64,000 nt of DNA from Candidatus Latescibacterota bacterium (GCA_965219455.1 OZ244744.1:1760001-1824000), one strand, 5' to 3'. Shown: positions 40,621 through 51,212, counted from the first letter of the stretch. The notes: generated by a model from the sequence alone, not told the origin. Numbers and translations are program-made.

Positions 40621-41165
40621 CATCCACATCTCCCCAGATTCCCTGCCTACGGCGTGTTCCTTTTGAAGCGACCAAAAGGAACCAAAAGTCGCCGCTGGGC
40701 GCGGGGCCTGCCATATGCATAGCGCGAATTTCGTTACTGGATGCACGTCGGACATTGCCCTACCAGCCTCAGCTGAACACCGATCGTCGCTGCTTAACGG
40801 AACCACGCGCTCTGCTCTGGAAGTGTTCTTGAAAGGCATCGCGTTCAGATTCTTTCTGGCTACCCGAGTGGGAGAAGCAGACAGCCAAAAGCGGTACGAC
40901 CGCAAACACGCTCGGCGGACCTTGCAGGTTTACCTCACGCCCGCCCGGTGGCACGGGGGGTTTTTCCGTGTCATTCCGTAAATCTCCGTAAGTCGGGAGT
41001 ACCGGGAGGGCTCGTAGGCCACCCAATTCCAATTTCCGCCCCTGAGGTAATTCACGGAAAAACCGGCCCCGCGCCGAGCGGCGCCCTTCTTTTTCGCCCT
41101 TTTTCTTGGGCGAAGCAAGAAAAAGGGCAAGGGAATAGGGGACGTTAAGGGTGGGGGAGATTCTA
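40621..41165 (+). mobile_element. Copy 4 (most complete) of non-coding interspersed element with two inverted, related hairpin arms; MITE/REPIN-like
   Basis: Both arms contain GGCCCCGCGCCSAGCGGCG, a pyrimidine tract, a hairpin and AGGGAAT..GGGGA, in inverted orientation; five copies in the window. Mobility is inferred. Confidence 0.7.
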
Positions 41166-41302
41166 TGCCGCTCCGTAAGTTATGTGCCATGGCGACGGGG
41201 TTGCGATACCGGACCCCAGGGGATATATTGGAGTCGCTCATCCGCTTTGGGCGACGGTAGAGCGAGTTTCTGCCTACCCTCATATTGATCAGGAGGTTTT
41301 AC

Positions 41303-42307
41303 ATGAAAGTTCTGGTTACTGGCGCGGCAGGACAGGTCGGGTGCCGGCTGATACGGCAGCTTCTGGATCTGAACCTCGAAGTCAAGGGCTCCGTATTGCC
41401 CGACGATCCATGTCTGAGCCGGCTGGAAGGCCTGGACATGGAACTTGTGGAAGGGGATTTGACGGACGGTGATTTTGTAAAGCGCGCGGTCTCGGGGACG
41501 GATGCGGTGATCCACACGGCCAACCTGGTAGGACCTCACTTCGAAATCAACACGCAGATAAACCTGGAGGTGTCGCGTGCGTGCGGTCAGTTCGCCGACA
41601 GCCTGGAAAGGTACGTCTACGTAAGTTCGTCCGGCGTTTTTCCGAATAACGGCGAGAACATCGCCTGCGCATACCATCCCGTGGACGAGTTGCATCCCAA
41701 ACGGCCCGACAACGAGTATTCCCTTTCCAAGTACATCGGGGAACTGATGGCCGAGCGCGTTTCCCGGGAGACGGGCCTTCGAATTTCCATCGTTCGGCCC
41801 AGCCACGTGCTTTCGGGCCGAACGATTTTCGATCAATTCACGGTTGGACGGGTATGCACGATATTGAAGGCGGGACAGGTCGGGCCCGGTACGGAAATGT
41901 ACATGGCCGACGGAACCGAACTGTGGCACGACATCGAGGCGCGCGCGGACAGTCCTGACCAGCCGTGCGCCGTCCGGGACGAATCCGGGCGCCCGTGGTA
42001 CTACCAGCCGAATGACGCGCGGGATATCGCGCATTGCATGGTGTGCGCTCTGCGGTCTCCGGATGCGGTTGGAGAGTCGTTCAACGGCGGAGCCCCGGCC
42101 CCCTTTACCTTCCCGGAGGGCGCCCGGCTACTGGGGAAAATCACCGGGCGGGAACCCCTGGAGGTGACGGTTCCGGTGCGCTGGATGTACGATCACGACA
42201 TCACGAAAGCGAAATCGCTGATCGGCTACCGGCCACAGGGAGACCTGGAGACCATGATGGCATCGGCCGCAGCCTTCGAAGCAGGAGAACCCGACTATCG
42301 GTGGTAA
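41303..42307 (+). CDS. NAD-dependent epimerase/dehydratase
   Basis: MKVLVTGAAGQVG, YSLSK; RBS AGGAGG. Confidence 0.92.
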   Translation: MKVLVTGAAGQVGCRLIRQLLDLNLEVKGSVLPDDPCLSRLEGLDMELVEGDLTDGDFVKRAVSGTDAVIHTANLVGPHFEINTQINLEVSRACGQFADSLERYVYVSSSGVFPNNGENIACAYHPVDELHPKRPDNEYSLSKYIGELMAERVSRETGLRISIVRPSHVLSGRTIFDQFTVGRVCTILKAGQVGPGTEMYMADGTELWHDIEARADSPDQPCAVRDESGRPWYYQPNDARDIAHCMVCALRSPDAVGESFNGGAPAPFTFPEGARLLGKITGREPLEVTVPVRWMYDHDITKAKSLIGYRPQGDLETMMASAAAFEAGEPDYRW

Positions 42308-42373
42308 CGGATCGCGTTCGCGTGAAATCGATACGTCGCCGAGGGCCCGCGGGGCGGCTTCCCGGTTGGGGAA

Positions 42374-43132
42374 TCAGGATGCTGTCGCGGGCGCGCCAAG
42401 GACAATGAGATTGCGGTTGGTGATACGCTGGTCGATCGCCGTGATCTTGTAGGCCCCGTACCGGCCGGCAATGACACCCACCGCAGCCGTGTATCGCGCG
42501 TAGTCGTCAAGATGGTTGATGCGGCGCAGGTAGATGCGGTCCCGGATGCAGCAGGGCATGGCGGCGAAACACGCGTTCGCCGCGCCAGCCATCTCCAGGG
42601 CATCCCGGGTGCCTTCGTTGCAGGCGTGAATGCAGATGACGTAGGAACGGGGGCTCAGTTCCACATTCTTGAAGTCGCTTTCAATGTACGCGACGTTCTC
42701 CATGGGCGCGGCATGTTCCCGCACGATTTCCAGGTAGTGACCGAAGGCCGGACGGCGTTCCAGGTCCACGCAGACCACCTGGAGTCCGCGAAACCGCCAG
42801 GCCAGCAGGATGCCCAGAAGACCGTGGCCGCAGGCCAGGTCGAAAATCGTCTCGACGTTGCCCGCACGCCACTGTTCGTAGATGGCCTGGCCGATTCGTT
42901 TGTATGCTTCGAAGGTTTCAAACAGTTCTTTCACACGCAGATATCTCGGGTGACGTTCCACAATCTGCGCGACACAGTCGGAAAGGGCTTCGCTGTGGCC
43001 GGTTTCCGCCACGTACGCAAGAATAAGCTCCAGTCGCTCCCGGTCCAGATCGCTTACCATCACGTTGGGATTCATCGGAAACCGGTCGAGCATGTGGGGT
43101 TGCCAGACGCCGTCGTATTTTTCTTTGGCCAT
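42374..43132 (-). CDS. SAM-dependent methyltransferase (Methyltransf_32-like)
   Basis: FDLACGHGLLG, IHAC, MPCC. Confidence 0.82.
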   Translation of the reverse strand: MAKEKYDGVWQPHMLDRFPMNPNVMVSDLDRERLELILAYVAETGHSEALSDCVAQIVERHPRYLRVKELFETFEAYKRIGQAIYEQWRAGNVETIFDLACGHGLLGILLAWRFRGLQVVCVDLERRPAFGHYLEIVREHAAPMENVAYIESDFKNVELSPRSYVICIHACNEGTRDALEMAGAANACFAAMPCCIRDRIYLRRINHLDDYARYTAAVGVIAGRYGAYKITAIDQRITNRNLIVLGAPATAS

Positions 43133-43277
43133 ATCGGATTCCGGGCGACAGGATTGAGGATCTACAGGCTCGAATTAATATAGCCAATCCCGCCGGAAGA
43201 CGCAAAACAGGCGGAAAGAGTCGACCGGGGTCGTCGAGACCGCGTGACTCAACGAGATCCTTAAGCGGAGAGTTTCC

Positions 43278-44138
43278 ATGTCAGAACAGGCATCCTCGCA
43301 CCGGATCGTCGACGCCCACATCCACGTCTGGACGGACGATTTCGCGCGTTATCCCCTGGCCCCCGGTGTCAAAGCAGAAGACCTCTGGCATCCCACGTTC
43401 ACGCCGGAAGCGTACTTCAGCTACAGCCGGACGGTCGGCAACGTGCGCATCAACCTGGTCCAGATGATCTGGTACGACTACGACCACAGCTACATCCTCG
43501 ACCTCATCGCCGGCGACCGCGAGACGTTTGCAGGCACGGGCATGGTCAGCCTGGACGATCCCGAGCCGGACAAGACCATACTCGAACTCTCACAGCAAGG
43601 ATGTTTCGCCTTTCGCGAGCCGCCCTCCGGATTCGATCACCCGGCATTCGAGAAGATGTTCGCCGCCGGTGCGGAGCACGAACTCGCACTGAGCTTCAAC
43701 ATGCAAGTGGATCTGCTGCCCGGCCTGGACCGGCTATGCAGCCGCTTTCCGGAAACGCCGGTCATCCTCGATCACCTGTGCCACGTCGGCATCCGGGAAG
43801 CCGACTACAGCGAAAAAGACCTGGAAGCGCTGCTCCGGTTTGCCAGGCATGAGAAGGTGATGGTCAAGATCGGTCCGCTCCAGGCGCTGTGCTCCCGCCG
43901 CGCCCCCTACCTCGACGTCCTGCCCCTGATCCAGCGGGTGGTCGAAGCGTACGGCGCCCATCGCTGCATGTGGGAGTCCGACAGCGGCGGGCCAATCGAG
44001 ATGGAGGACCCGATGACCGACTATCCGGCTGCCGTGGACCTGATCCGCGACCACGCGAATTTTCTCAGCCCCGCCGAGAAAGACGCCATTCTTTGGGGTA
44101 CGGCGCAGCGCTTCTTTTTCCGCAATCTCAACGGCTGA
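43278..44138 (+). CDS. Amidohydrolase_2 family protein
   Basis: IVDAHIHVW, ILDHL, MWESD. Confidence 0.9.
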   Translation: MSEQASSHRIVDAHIHVWTDDFARYPLAPGVKAEDLWHPTFTPEAYFSYSRTVGNVRINLVQMIWYDYDHSYILDLIAGDRETFAGTGMVSLDDPEPDKTILELSQQGCFAFREPPSGFDHPAFEKMFAAGAEHELALSFNMQVDLLPGLDRLCSRFPETPVILDHLCHVGIREADYSEKDLEALLRFARHEKVMVKIGPLQALCSRRAPYLDVLPLIQRVVEAYGAHRCMWESDSGGPIEMEDPMTDYPAAVDLIRDHANFLSPAEKDAILWGTAQRFFFRNLNG

Positions 44139-44215
44139 TTCGATCCCTGGTGAGCATGCGGGCATTCTCATGATTGCATTCGGCGTTGGGGCGCCACTTC
44201 GTAAGGAGGAAACCT

Positions 44216-45643
44216 ATGCGTTCTGGAAAGCCGCTGTTCCTGGAGATCGCAGACAAGAGCATCGGACTTGTCGCGGGCCAACGAGCGACCCTCCGGGTAC
44301 ACGCCTCAGGGTGGCAGCCGCAGCGCGGGTCGGCCCGGTTGGAAGTGAACGACGCCGTCGGGGCAAGGCACTTCCTGGAAAGCAGGGACGACGTTTCGAT
44401 TGAGCCCGGCTCTGCGGAATTCGAGTTCGAATGGGAGATCCCGGATGGTGCGCCGCCTGGACGGTACTCGGTAACGGCAACACTTTTCGGCGCCAGAGAA
44501 GGCATCCGCACCGTTGTATCTGACGACTTCGAAGTCGTGGCGGTGGAGGTCAAGTCTCCGGGTTGCTTTCCGGCTCTGCCCAGGGACAGGACGATCTCCT
44601 GCCTCTACGACTTCGAGCCCGTCCGCAGGGAACAGCTTGTGGACTACTTCCAGGTCTGCCACGGGATGTGCGAACAGGACCGAAACCCCGACGGGTCCTG
44701 GGGCAAGGGCTACAATTCGCAGGAGCTCAGTTTCCATCCCCTCTACCGGTCCGTGGCGAACATCATCCTGGGCTACCTCATCGGGTATCGGTTGTTCGGC
44801 GAGGAGACGTATCTGGACCGGGCCGTGGGCGGCTTGCACTATCTGCTCGATGAACAGGAGCCGAACGGCGCCTATCGGTGGTGGTACAGCCGGGAGGGAG
44901 TCCTGAACGACCGCGACTGCTTCTACAGCTCGGGATGGGCTGCGTTGGCACTTGTCGAGGGCTACCGAATGCTGGGAGACGAACGTTGCCTGAGCGCGGT
45001 TCGACGGGTTGCGGATTGGACGGTCCATTGCCCCGCCACCGGCAACAACAACTACGACGCGTTCGCGCTCTGGTTCCTGGGTCCGCTCTTCGAGGCCACG
45101 GGTGAGGAGGCCTACCTCGAATCCGCCGTGCGGCGGACCGAGGAAGCGATCTTTGTTGCGCAGTGTCCCCACGGCGGATATCCGGGTCACAACTCTTACG
45201 TTGGGTATCAGCTCATCATCCTTAAAGGCCTGGCATCGCTGCACAAGACGCTGCCGCGGGATCATCCGTTCGCACCCGCGCTCCGCCGGCGGTTGATCCT
45301 GGCGACGAACAACGTCATCTATAAGCAGTCCGACTCCGGCGAGGTCTACGGCGGATGGGAGTACAACCCGGAATTCACAATTGACGAACACAGCCGCCCG
45401 GTGGGTCGGGTCTCCTCAGAGCCGTTTCCGTATGCGCTGTACCTTGCCTGGCGCGAGCTGAACTTCGATCGGCGCTTCTTCGACGGGATGTGTCGTGTAC
45501 AGGTTTCCCACAGTGAGGACCTCAAGGGTATGTCCCACGTAGAGCGGGACAATCGGGCCAAACTGCTCGAGCCGGCGACGCTTCTTCGGTGGTACGACGA
45601 ACTGGAGAGGGAAGGGACCGGTATCCGTACAACCGAGGGATGA
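44216..45643 (+). CDS. Hypothetical protein with Ig-like N-terminus and (alpha/alpha)-barrel (glycosidase/lyase-like) domain
   Basis: RBS AAGGAGG; repeats Q..DG.W and G.E.YL..A typical of alpha-toroid folds. Confidence 0.65.
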   Translation: MRSGKPLFLEIADKSIGLVAGQRATLRVHASGWQPQRGSARLEVNDAVGARHFLESRDDVSIEPGSAEFEFEWEIPDGAPPGRYSVTATLFGAREGIRTVVSDDFEVVAVEVKSPGCFPALPRDRTISCLYDFEPVRREQLVDYFQVCHGMCEQDRNPDGSWGKGYNSQELSFHPLYRSVANIILGYLIGYRLFGEETYLDRAVGGLHYLLDEQEPNGAYRWWYSREGVLNDRDCFYSSGWAALALVEGYRMLGDERCLSAVRRVADWTVHCPATGNNNYDAFALWFLGPLFEATGEEAYLESAVRRTEEAIFVAQCPHGGYPGHNSYVGYQLIILKGLASLHKTLPRDHPFAPALRRRLILATNNVIYKQSDSGEVYGGWEYNPEFTIDEHSRPVGRVSSEPFPYALYLAWRELNFDRRFFDGMCRVQVSHSEDLKGMSHVERDNRAKLLEPATLLRWYDELEREGTGIRTTEG

Positions 45644-45782
45644 ACGATGGCACTTCGACAGTCTCAGTGTAAACAACGCAGCGGGACGGGATGAAACGGC
45701 GCCTGCCTTTGTGTGTTGCCTCACGCACGCAGACAGGGAAAAATGGAGATAATTTCCTGGGACAGGACATTAATCGGGAGGG

Positions 45783-46796
45783 TTGATTTTGAAGCCATTC
45801 GAAGATTCGACCGACATAGCGGGAAACGGACCTCGACTGAAAGAGCGTATGCACCGCGACGGATACCTCTTCGTACGCGGCATGTTACCCAACGAGATCC
45901 TGGCGGAACTGCGAACGGCGTTCCTCGAGATCGCCCGGGAAGCCGGATGGGTCAGGATGGACACGCCGCCGGAGGACGGAATCGCGGACCTGGACGGCTT
46001 CTGCGTCGAGCCCGAGCCGGCCTACATGGACGTCTATGCCGCCATGTATGGGTTAGAGGCGTTTCACGCGCTCCAGCATCACCCGAACATCGTTACCCTT
46101 CTCGAGCGAATGGCCGGCGAACCGATTCTGCCTCATGCGCGCATTATCGCGAGGACCATCTTTCCTCAACGCGAGGCGTATACGACCCCGGCCCATCAGG
46201 ACTTCATTCCCATCCAGGGGACACCCGAAACTTACACCGCGTGGCTTCCGCTCAGCGATCTGCCGTCCGAGATGGGCGGCCTGCAGGTCGCGGCCGGTTC
46301 TCACCGCCAGGGTGTGTACGACTTCAAGCCGTCTCTGGGAGCGGGCGGAATCGAGATCACCGATCCGCTCGAAGGAGCCTGGGTCAGCGGAGGGTTCGAG
46401 CAGGGCGACGTCCTCTTTTTCCACAGTATGCTCGTCCACAAGGGCCTTCCGAACCGGTCCGACCGTCTCCGCATGTCCATCGACGGGCGATACCAGAGAG
46501 TCAGTGATCCCATCGCGCCGGGGAGCATTCTTCCCCACAGCCAGCCGAACACCTGGGAGAATATCTATGCAGGCTGGAAAAACGAATCGCTGAAGTACTA
46601 CTGGGAGAACTACGAACTGGAGATCGCGGAGTACGACAACAGTTACCACGACAGGCGGGACCGGATGGCCTTCGACATGGCCGAGCAGGGAGACGAGAAG
46701 GCCGTCTCAGCGCTCCAGCGCATCATCGCGCGGCACAATGACCCGGCCACGCGGGAAAGGGCGGCCGAACTGCTGGCCCGGTTGAACGGGAACTGA
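45783..46796 (+). CDS. PhyH family dioxygenase
   Basis: RDGYLFVR, AHQD, GGLQV..GSH, HKGLPN..R.S.D.RY. Confidence 0.9.
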   Translation: MILKPFEDSTDIAGNGPRLKERMHRDGYLFVRGMLPNEILAELRTAFLEIAREAGWVRMDTPPEDGIADLDGFCVEPEPAYMDVYAAMYGLEAFHALQHHPNIVTLLERMAGEPILPHARIIARTIFPQREAYTTPAHQDFIPIQGTPETYTAWLPLSDLPSEMGGLQVAAGSHRQGVYDFKPSLGAGGIEITDPLEGAWVSGGFEQGDVLFFHSMLVHKGLPNRSDRLRMSIDGRYQRVSDPIAPGSILPHSQPNTWENIYAGWKNESLKYYWENYELEIAEYDNSYHDRRDRMAFDMAEQGDEKAVSALQRIIARHNDPATRERAAELLARLNGN

Positions 46797-46935
46797 GTCC
46801 GTTGCCGGGCGGAGAGAAAGAAGGAATCACGAGCCCGTTTAACCGGATGCAGTGGCCGGAGAGCAATGCGATGAAATCGTGGGTGGAATACAATGCAGCA
46901 TACGCAGGGTTAAACGGACTGACAGGCCGCGAACG

Positions 46936-47712
46936 TCAGGATCCGTCGCCATAGACCCCGTCGAGGTCTCGCGAACACGCTTCAAGCATCTGCATAAGCG
47001 CGAAGAACTCGCTGCCGTATGCGACCAGCTTTGCGCCCATGTCGTGGAGCTCTTGAACGTGGTCCGCGGAAGCCGCCGGACAGCCCCACGCCACACCCCG
47101 TTCGGCCGCGACGTCCGCGACTTTTCTAATGGCTTCTTCAAGTGTGAAATCCGTCTTCAGTCGTTCGATCCTCAGGGCAAGGTCGCCCGGTCCCACGAAC
47201 AGCCCGTCGACGCCCTCGATGGATGCGATCGCGTCGAGGTTTTCCAGGGCCTGCGGCGTTTCGATCTGTACAACGAGAAATGTCTCGCGGTTGGCCTCCT
47301 CGACGTAGGATTCCCCGCCTGACATAAAAAAGTCGGCGTCGACCCCCGCCCCGTCCATACCGCGGTCGCCAACGGGCGGAAACTTGACCGCTTCAACCAG
47401 CATCCGCGCCTTCTCCGGCGTCGAGACGTGGGGTATCATCAGGCCGGTCGCGCCGTCCTCCAGATATCGATACAGCCTCGTCCTCTCCGTGGTCGGCGGG
47501 CGGAACAGGCAGTCGATATCGTATAGGTGGAAGTAGGCGAGCATTGCCTGGATTTCGCGGTCCGTAAAACAGCGATGCTCCCCATCCAGCCAGATGCAGT
47601 CGAATCCGGCGTTGGCGGCCATGCGGATGTACGCCGGAATAAAGTGGCCGAGTCCGCAGATCCGGGCCGGCTTGCCATCCCGCACCTTCGCGAGCAATTT
47701 GCTGTTTCGCAT
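46936..47712 (-). CDS. HpcH/HpaI aldolase family protein
   Basis: LDGEH, KFPPVGDRG, QIET, FVGPGDL. Confidence 0.92.
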   Translation of the reverse strand: MRNSKLLAKVRDGKPARICGLGHFIPAYIRMAANAGFDCIWLDGEHRCFTDREIQAMLAYFHLYDIDCLFRPPTTERTRLYRYLEDGATGLMIPHVSTPEKARMLVEAVKFPPVGDRGMDGAGVDADFFMSGGESYVEEANRETFLVVQIETPQALENLDAIASIEGVDGLFVGPGDLALRIERLKTDFTLEEAIRKVADVAAERGVAWGCPAASADHVQELHDMGAKLVAYGSEFFALMQMLEACSRDLDGVYGDGS

Positions 47713-47894
47713 GATTGTGACTCCTGACGTGAGGATTGACGCCTTCCGGACCCCGCGGATTCGGACCGTGAACAAGAGGTTCCCGAAATTGTCTTGAGGT
47801 ATGTCCCACGGAGGTGTATACCATACAGGATGCACGGCAGGAACACCAGCATCTTCTGACGTGGATCGACGGACATCTGTGGGACAGAAAATCC

Positions 47895-48052
47895 TCACAC
47901 GGAGACACGAAGACACGAAAGAACACAAAGGGAAAGCCGGAAACAGCGACAAGGCGGGCAACCACAAGGGTTGCCCCTACAGATGTACAACAGGCGCAGG
48001 TGTTGATGGTCTTGCCTTTTGCTGTACGCTTACGGCTGATAGCTGACGGCTT
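47895..48052. repeat. Intergenic repeat hub: ~9-mer ACACRRAG repeats, GTAG REP and GCTGA heptamers
   Basis: cacacggagacacgaagacacgaaagaacacaaag (similar at 52268-52292), REP at 47956-47980, cggctgatagctgacggct. Confidence 0.7.
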
Positions 48053-48080
48053 TTTTTACCACATCGATAGGAGAGAGACT

Positions 48081-49202
48081 ATGGCGAAATATCGAGCAGG
48101 AGTGATCGGACTGGGTTGGATGGGCATGCTCTACGATCTGGCGACGCGCATCCCCGACCGGTTCGACATCGACGACGTGGACCGTCCGACCCCCCAACTG
48201 GACGTCCATCGCCGATTCTACCACCACGAACATCCGGGCACCGAGGGAAATCCAACCTCCTATGCGGAGGCGCTTCACAACCGGCCCGAGGTGGAACTGG
48301 CGGCGGCAGCCGACCGGGACCCGAAACGGCTCGCGGCGTTCAGCGAGCGCTACCGGATCGAGGCGACCTACACGGATGCCGAAGAGATGCTGCGCGCCGA
48401 GCGTCCGGACATCGTGGCCGTCGCCACGAATACGAAGGGACGCGCCGATCTGACGTGCCTGGCCGTGGCGTGCGGTGCACAGGGCATCGTTACGGACAAG
48501 CCGATGTGTCACACGCTCGAGGAAGCGGACCGCATGGTAGCCACGTGCGCAGATGCGGGCGTTCCCCTCAGCTGTGGCGCGATCACGACGACCCACCCCT
48601 CTTTCGCCAAAGCCAGAGAACGGGTTCAGAGCGGGGCCATCGGGGAGATCCAGTCGATCGAGGCGCCCGGACCATTCGCTCAACATCAGAACTGGTCGTA
48701 TTTCCTGGACAGCGCGCCGGCCTGGGTCTCGGGAATCGGAGACCTGCCCCGCCGGGGGGAGGGCACCGACGAGTTCGGCGGCCCCGGAGGAAGCGACGAA
48801 TTCACCGGCCAGGGAATCATGGTCGCGGCGGATCAGACGGTGGTGCATTTTCGCAAGGGAGCTCCGGGGGTTCGCCTGGAAGGGAGCACGGGAGAGATCG
48901 AGTTCGGGGCAGACCGTCGATGGCACCTTAGACAGCAGCTTGAGACGACCGGTAACGATCGCGTCGAGATGCCGTGGCCGGAACCCCAGATCGTGTTTCC
49001 GTACGGCGCCGTCTACTCGCTGAACGACGTGATCGACTGCATGGAAGGCCGTCTCGACGAGCCGAAAAACTCGGGGCGTCGGATCGCCGTCGCCCTGGAG
49101 GTCGAGGTCGCGTTGAAGCAGTCTTCGGCGCGTGGAGGAGAGCGCGTCGAGCTTCCACTCGAGGACCGGTCTCTCGGGCTGCACTATGACTGGTTCCGGT
49201 AA
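48081..49202 (+). CDS. Gfo/Idh/MocA family oxidoreductase
   Basis: AGVIGLGWMG, TDKPM. Confidence 0.88.
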   Translation: MAKYRAGVIGLGWMGMLYDLATRIPDRFDIDDVDRPTPQLDVHRRFYHHEHPGTEGNPTSYAEALHNRPEVELAAAADRDPKRLAAFSERYRIEATYTDAEEMLRAERPDIVAVATNTKGRADLTCLAVACGAQGIVTDKPMCHTLEEADRMVATCADAGVPLSCGAITTTHPSFAKARERVQSGAIGEIQSIEAPGPFAQHQNWSYFLDSAPAWVSGIGDLPRRGEGTDEFGGPGGSDEFTGQGIMVAADQTVVHFRKGAPGVRLEGSTGEIEFGADRRWHLRQQLETTGNDRVEMPWPEPQIVFPYGAVYSLNDVIDCMEGRLDEPKNSGRRIAVALEVEVALKQSSARGGERVELPLEDRSLGLHYDWFR

Positions 49203-49365
49203 AGAAAGTGAAACGGGAAGCGGAATCAGAAAGGCTCGCAGCCACGGGGTGAAGCGCCGCCTGACGCGTCGGTCACGTCCTGAACAGTAAGGATACGAAT
49301 GTTTTCAGACTCATCTCCGACGGATACGCGGGACCTGGCGCTTCGATATGAAAGGAGACACAAAA

Positions 49366-50160
49366 ATGGCTGGCAACGGTAAGGTGCAGGTGCAGATGAT
49401 CGGGTTCGCGACACTGAAGCTGACGTCGCCGAACGGGAAGGTGCTTCTGGTGGACCCCTGGCTCTCGGGAAACGACTTCTTCCCGGATGGGAATCCGGCG
49501 GTTCCCGAGAAGTACAGGGAGGACGTGGGTGCGTTCGGCAACGTGGATATCGTCCTGCAGACGCACGCGCATTTCGACCATTTGAACCTGAATGACCTGG
49601 TCGCGATCGCGGAACGGTTTGATCCGATCATCCTCACTCCCGTGGAGACCGCGGTCTACATCCGGGAGCACACGGACCTCCAGAATTTCTGCAACGGAGG
49701 ATTTGGGATGAACCGCGGCACGTTGCCCCCGATAGACGGGATCGCAGTGTCGGGCGTGCACTGCGAGCATACCTCCTCGGAGATCGAACTGCTCGATAAC
49801 GGCAGGTTGAAGGGCCGGGACATCGGGGATCCGATCGGCTTCGTTGTGGAGTTCGAGAACGGGTTCAAGGTCTACATCTCGTCGGACACGGGGCTGTGCT
49901 CGGACCTGAAGCTCGTGATCGGCGACTACTACAAGCCCGACCTGGCGATCCTGAATATCTGCGGGGGTGGGTTCACGGTTGGAGGGGACAGCGCCGGCTA
50001 CGCGGTGAAGATGATCGACCCGAAGTATGTGATTCCGGCCCACTACGGCGTTTTCGAGGTGATGGACCAGACGCCGGAAAATTTTCTCGAGGCGTTGAAG
50101 ATCCACGCGCCGGACGTCGAGGCGATCGTGCTGGAGCCGGATGAGACGGCGGAATTTTGA
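49366..50160 (+). CDS. Metal-dependent hydrolase, MBL fold (UPF0173-like)
   Basis: LVDPWLSGN, THAHFDH, SSDTG, IPAHYG. Confidence 0.9.
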   Translation: MAGNGKVQVQMIGFATLKLTSPNGKVLLVDPWLSGNDFFPDGNPAVPEKYREDVGAFGNVDIVLQTHAHFDHLNLNDLVAIAERFDPIILTPVETAVYIREHTDLQNFCNGGFGMNRGTLPPIDGIAVSGVHCEHTSSEIELLDNGRLKGRDIGDPIGFVVEFENGFKVYISSDTGLCSDLKLVIGDYYKPDLAILNICGGGFTVGGDSAGYAVKMIDPKYVIPAHYGVFEVMDQTPENFLEALKIHAPDVEAIVLEPDETAEF

Positions 50161-50180
50161 AGACCTGCTGAGCCTGGACT

Positions 50181-51161
50181 CTACTTCCAGGGGACCGGGA
50201 GAGAGAACTCGCGGGCCAGGCCCTCGAGCGACGTTACGGCCTTTGCGGCAATGGGAACGCCGTTCTCCCGATAGTCGGCCTCTTTTCGCCAGGCCCTCGT
50301 TCCCGGCAGACCCGCATCCGGGAGTCCGGACAGAGGCCGCATCTTCGCCGTCTCGTCCATCAGGAAGTCCATGTCCGCCTTGAAGGCGTCGAGAGACGTG
50401 AAGCAACTCACGTCCAGCGCCATGTGAAATCCGGACTGGTCCGCGCCCTGGAACTTCGCGGTTCGACGGTCGAATTCGGGCAGCATCTGTCCCCCCAGGG
50501 TCCCCGAGAGGATGTTGGCCACGTGAGACATGCCGATGGCTTTCACAAAGACCGCCGGATTCCTGCGGACGTCGACGTCATCCGCCGTGAAATGGCTGGC
50601 ATAGTCCAGCAGGAAATTCGGATGCTCCCGGCCCGCGGGCATCCCGAAGGCCAGCGGCGGACTGCCCTGGATCGAGCCGCGGATGCTGCTGGCGTGGTCA
50701 TATGACGGGGAGGCGCTCCGTCCGGAGAGGCTGATGCCGATAAGGTCCTCCTCCAGGGCCATGCGCACGTACTTTCCCGAGCTTCCCAGATGGTCGTGAT
50801 AGACGGTGGTGACCACGCCAATGCCGAGTTCTTTGGCTTTGGCAATGGCCATTTGCATCGCCCGGGTGGCGACGACCATTCCGAGACCGCCGTCCCCGCT
50901 GAGTGCGGCGGTCGTCGGACCCTCGTGAAGGACGCGGATGGACGGATGGGGATTGGCGCGGCCTTCCTGGAACGAGCGGACGTATCGCTCCACCTGCGCC
51001 ACGCCGTGGCTGACCACGCCGCGCAGTTCGGTGTCGACCAGCAGATCGGCGATCAGGCGGGCATGCTCCGCAGGCAGAGGAACGGCCTCGTAGATCCCGG
51101 ATACGAGGCGCCGCAGATCTTCAACGGGAACGCGTATCCCGTCTTTGGGTGGGACGTTCAC
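50181..51161 (-). CDS. Ldh_2 family oxidoreductase
   Basis: LRGVVSHG, GDGGLG, HLGSSG, DYAS. Confidence 0.88.
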   Translation of the reverse strand: MNVPPKDGIRVPVEDLRRLVSGIYEAVPLPAEHARLIADLLVDTELRGVVSHGVAQVERYVRSFQEGRANPHPSIRVLHEGPTTAALSGDGGLGMVVATRAMQMAIAKAKELGIGVVTTVYHDHLGSSGKYVRMALEEDLIGISLSGRSASPSYDHASSIRGSIQGSPPLAFGMPAGREHPNFLLDYASHFTADDVDVRRNPAVFVKAIGMSHVANILSGTLGGQMLPEFDRRTAKFQGADQSGFHMALDVSCFTSLDAFKADMDFLMDETAKMRPLSGLPDAGLPGTRAWRKEADYRENGVPIAAKAVTSLEGLAREFSLPVPWK

Positions 51162-51212
51162 GAGAACCCTCCTTTATTGGTGATGAAGTCGGTCGATAGG
51201 GAATCTTCGAAT

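Noticed and set aside
40730-40920. Diversity-generating retroelement template/variable repeats
   Set aside because: No reverse transcriptase in the window, the copies are intergenic, and both A and T positions are conserved, so variation is not clearly adenine-specific.
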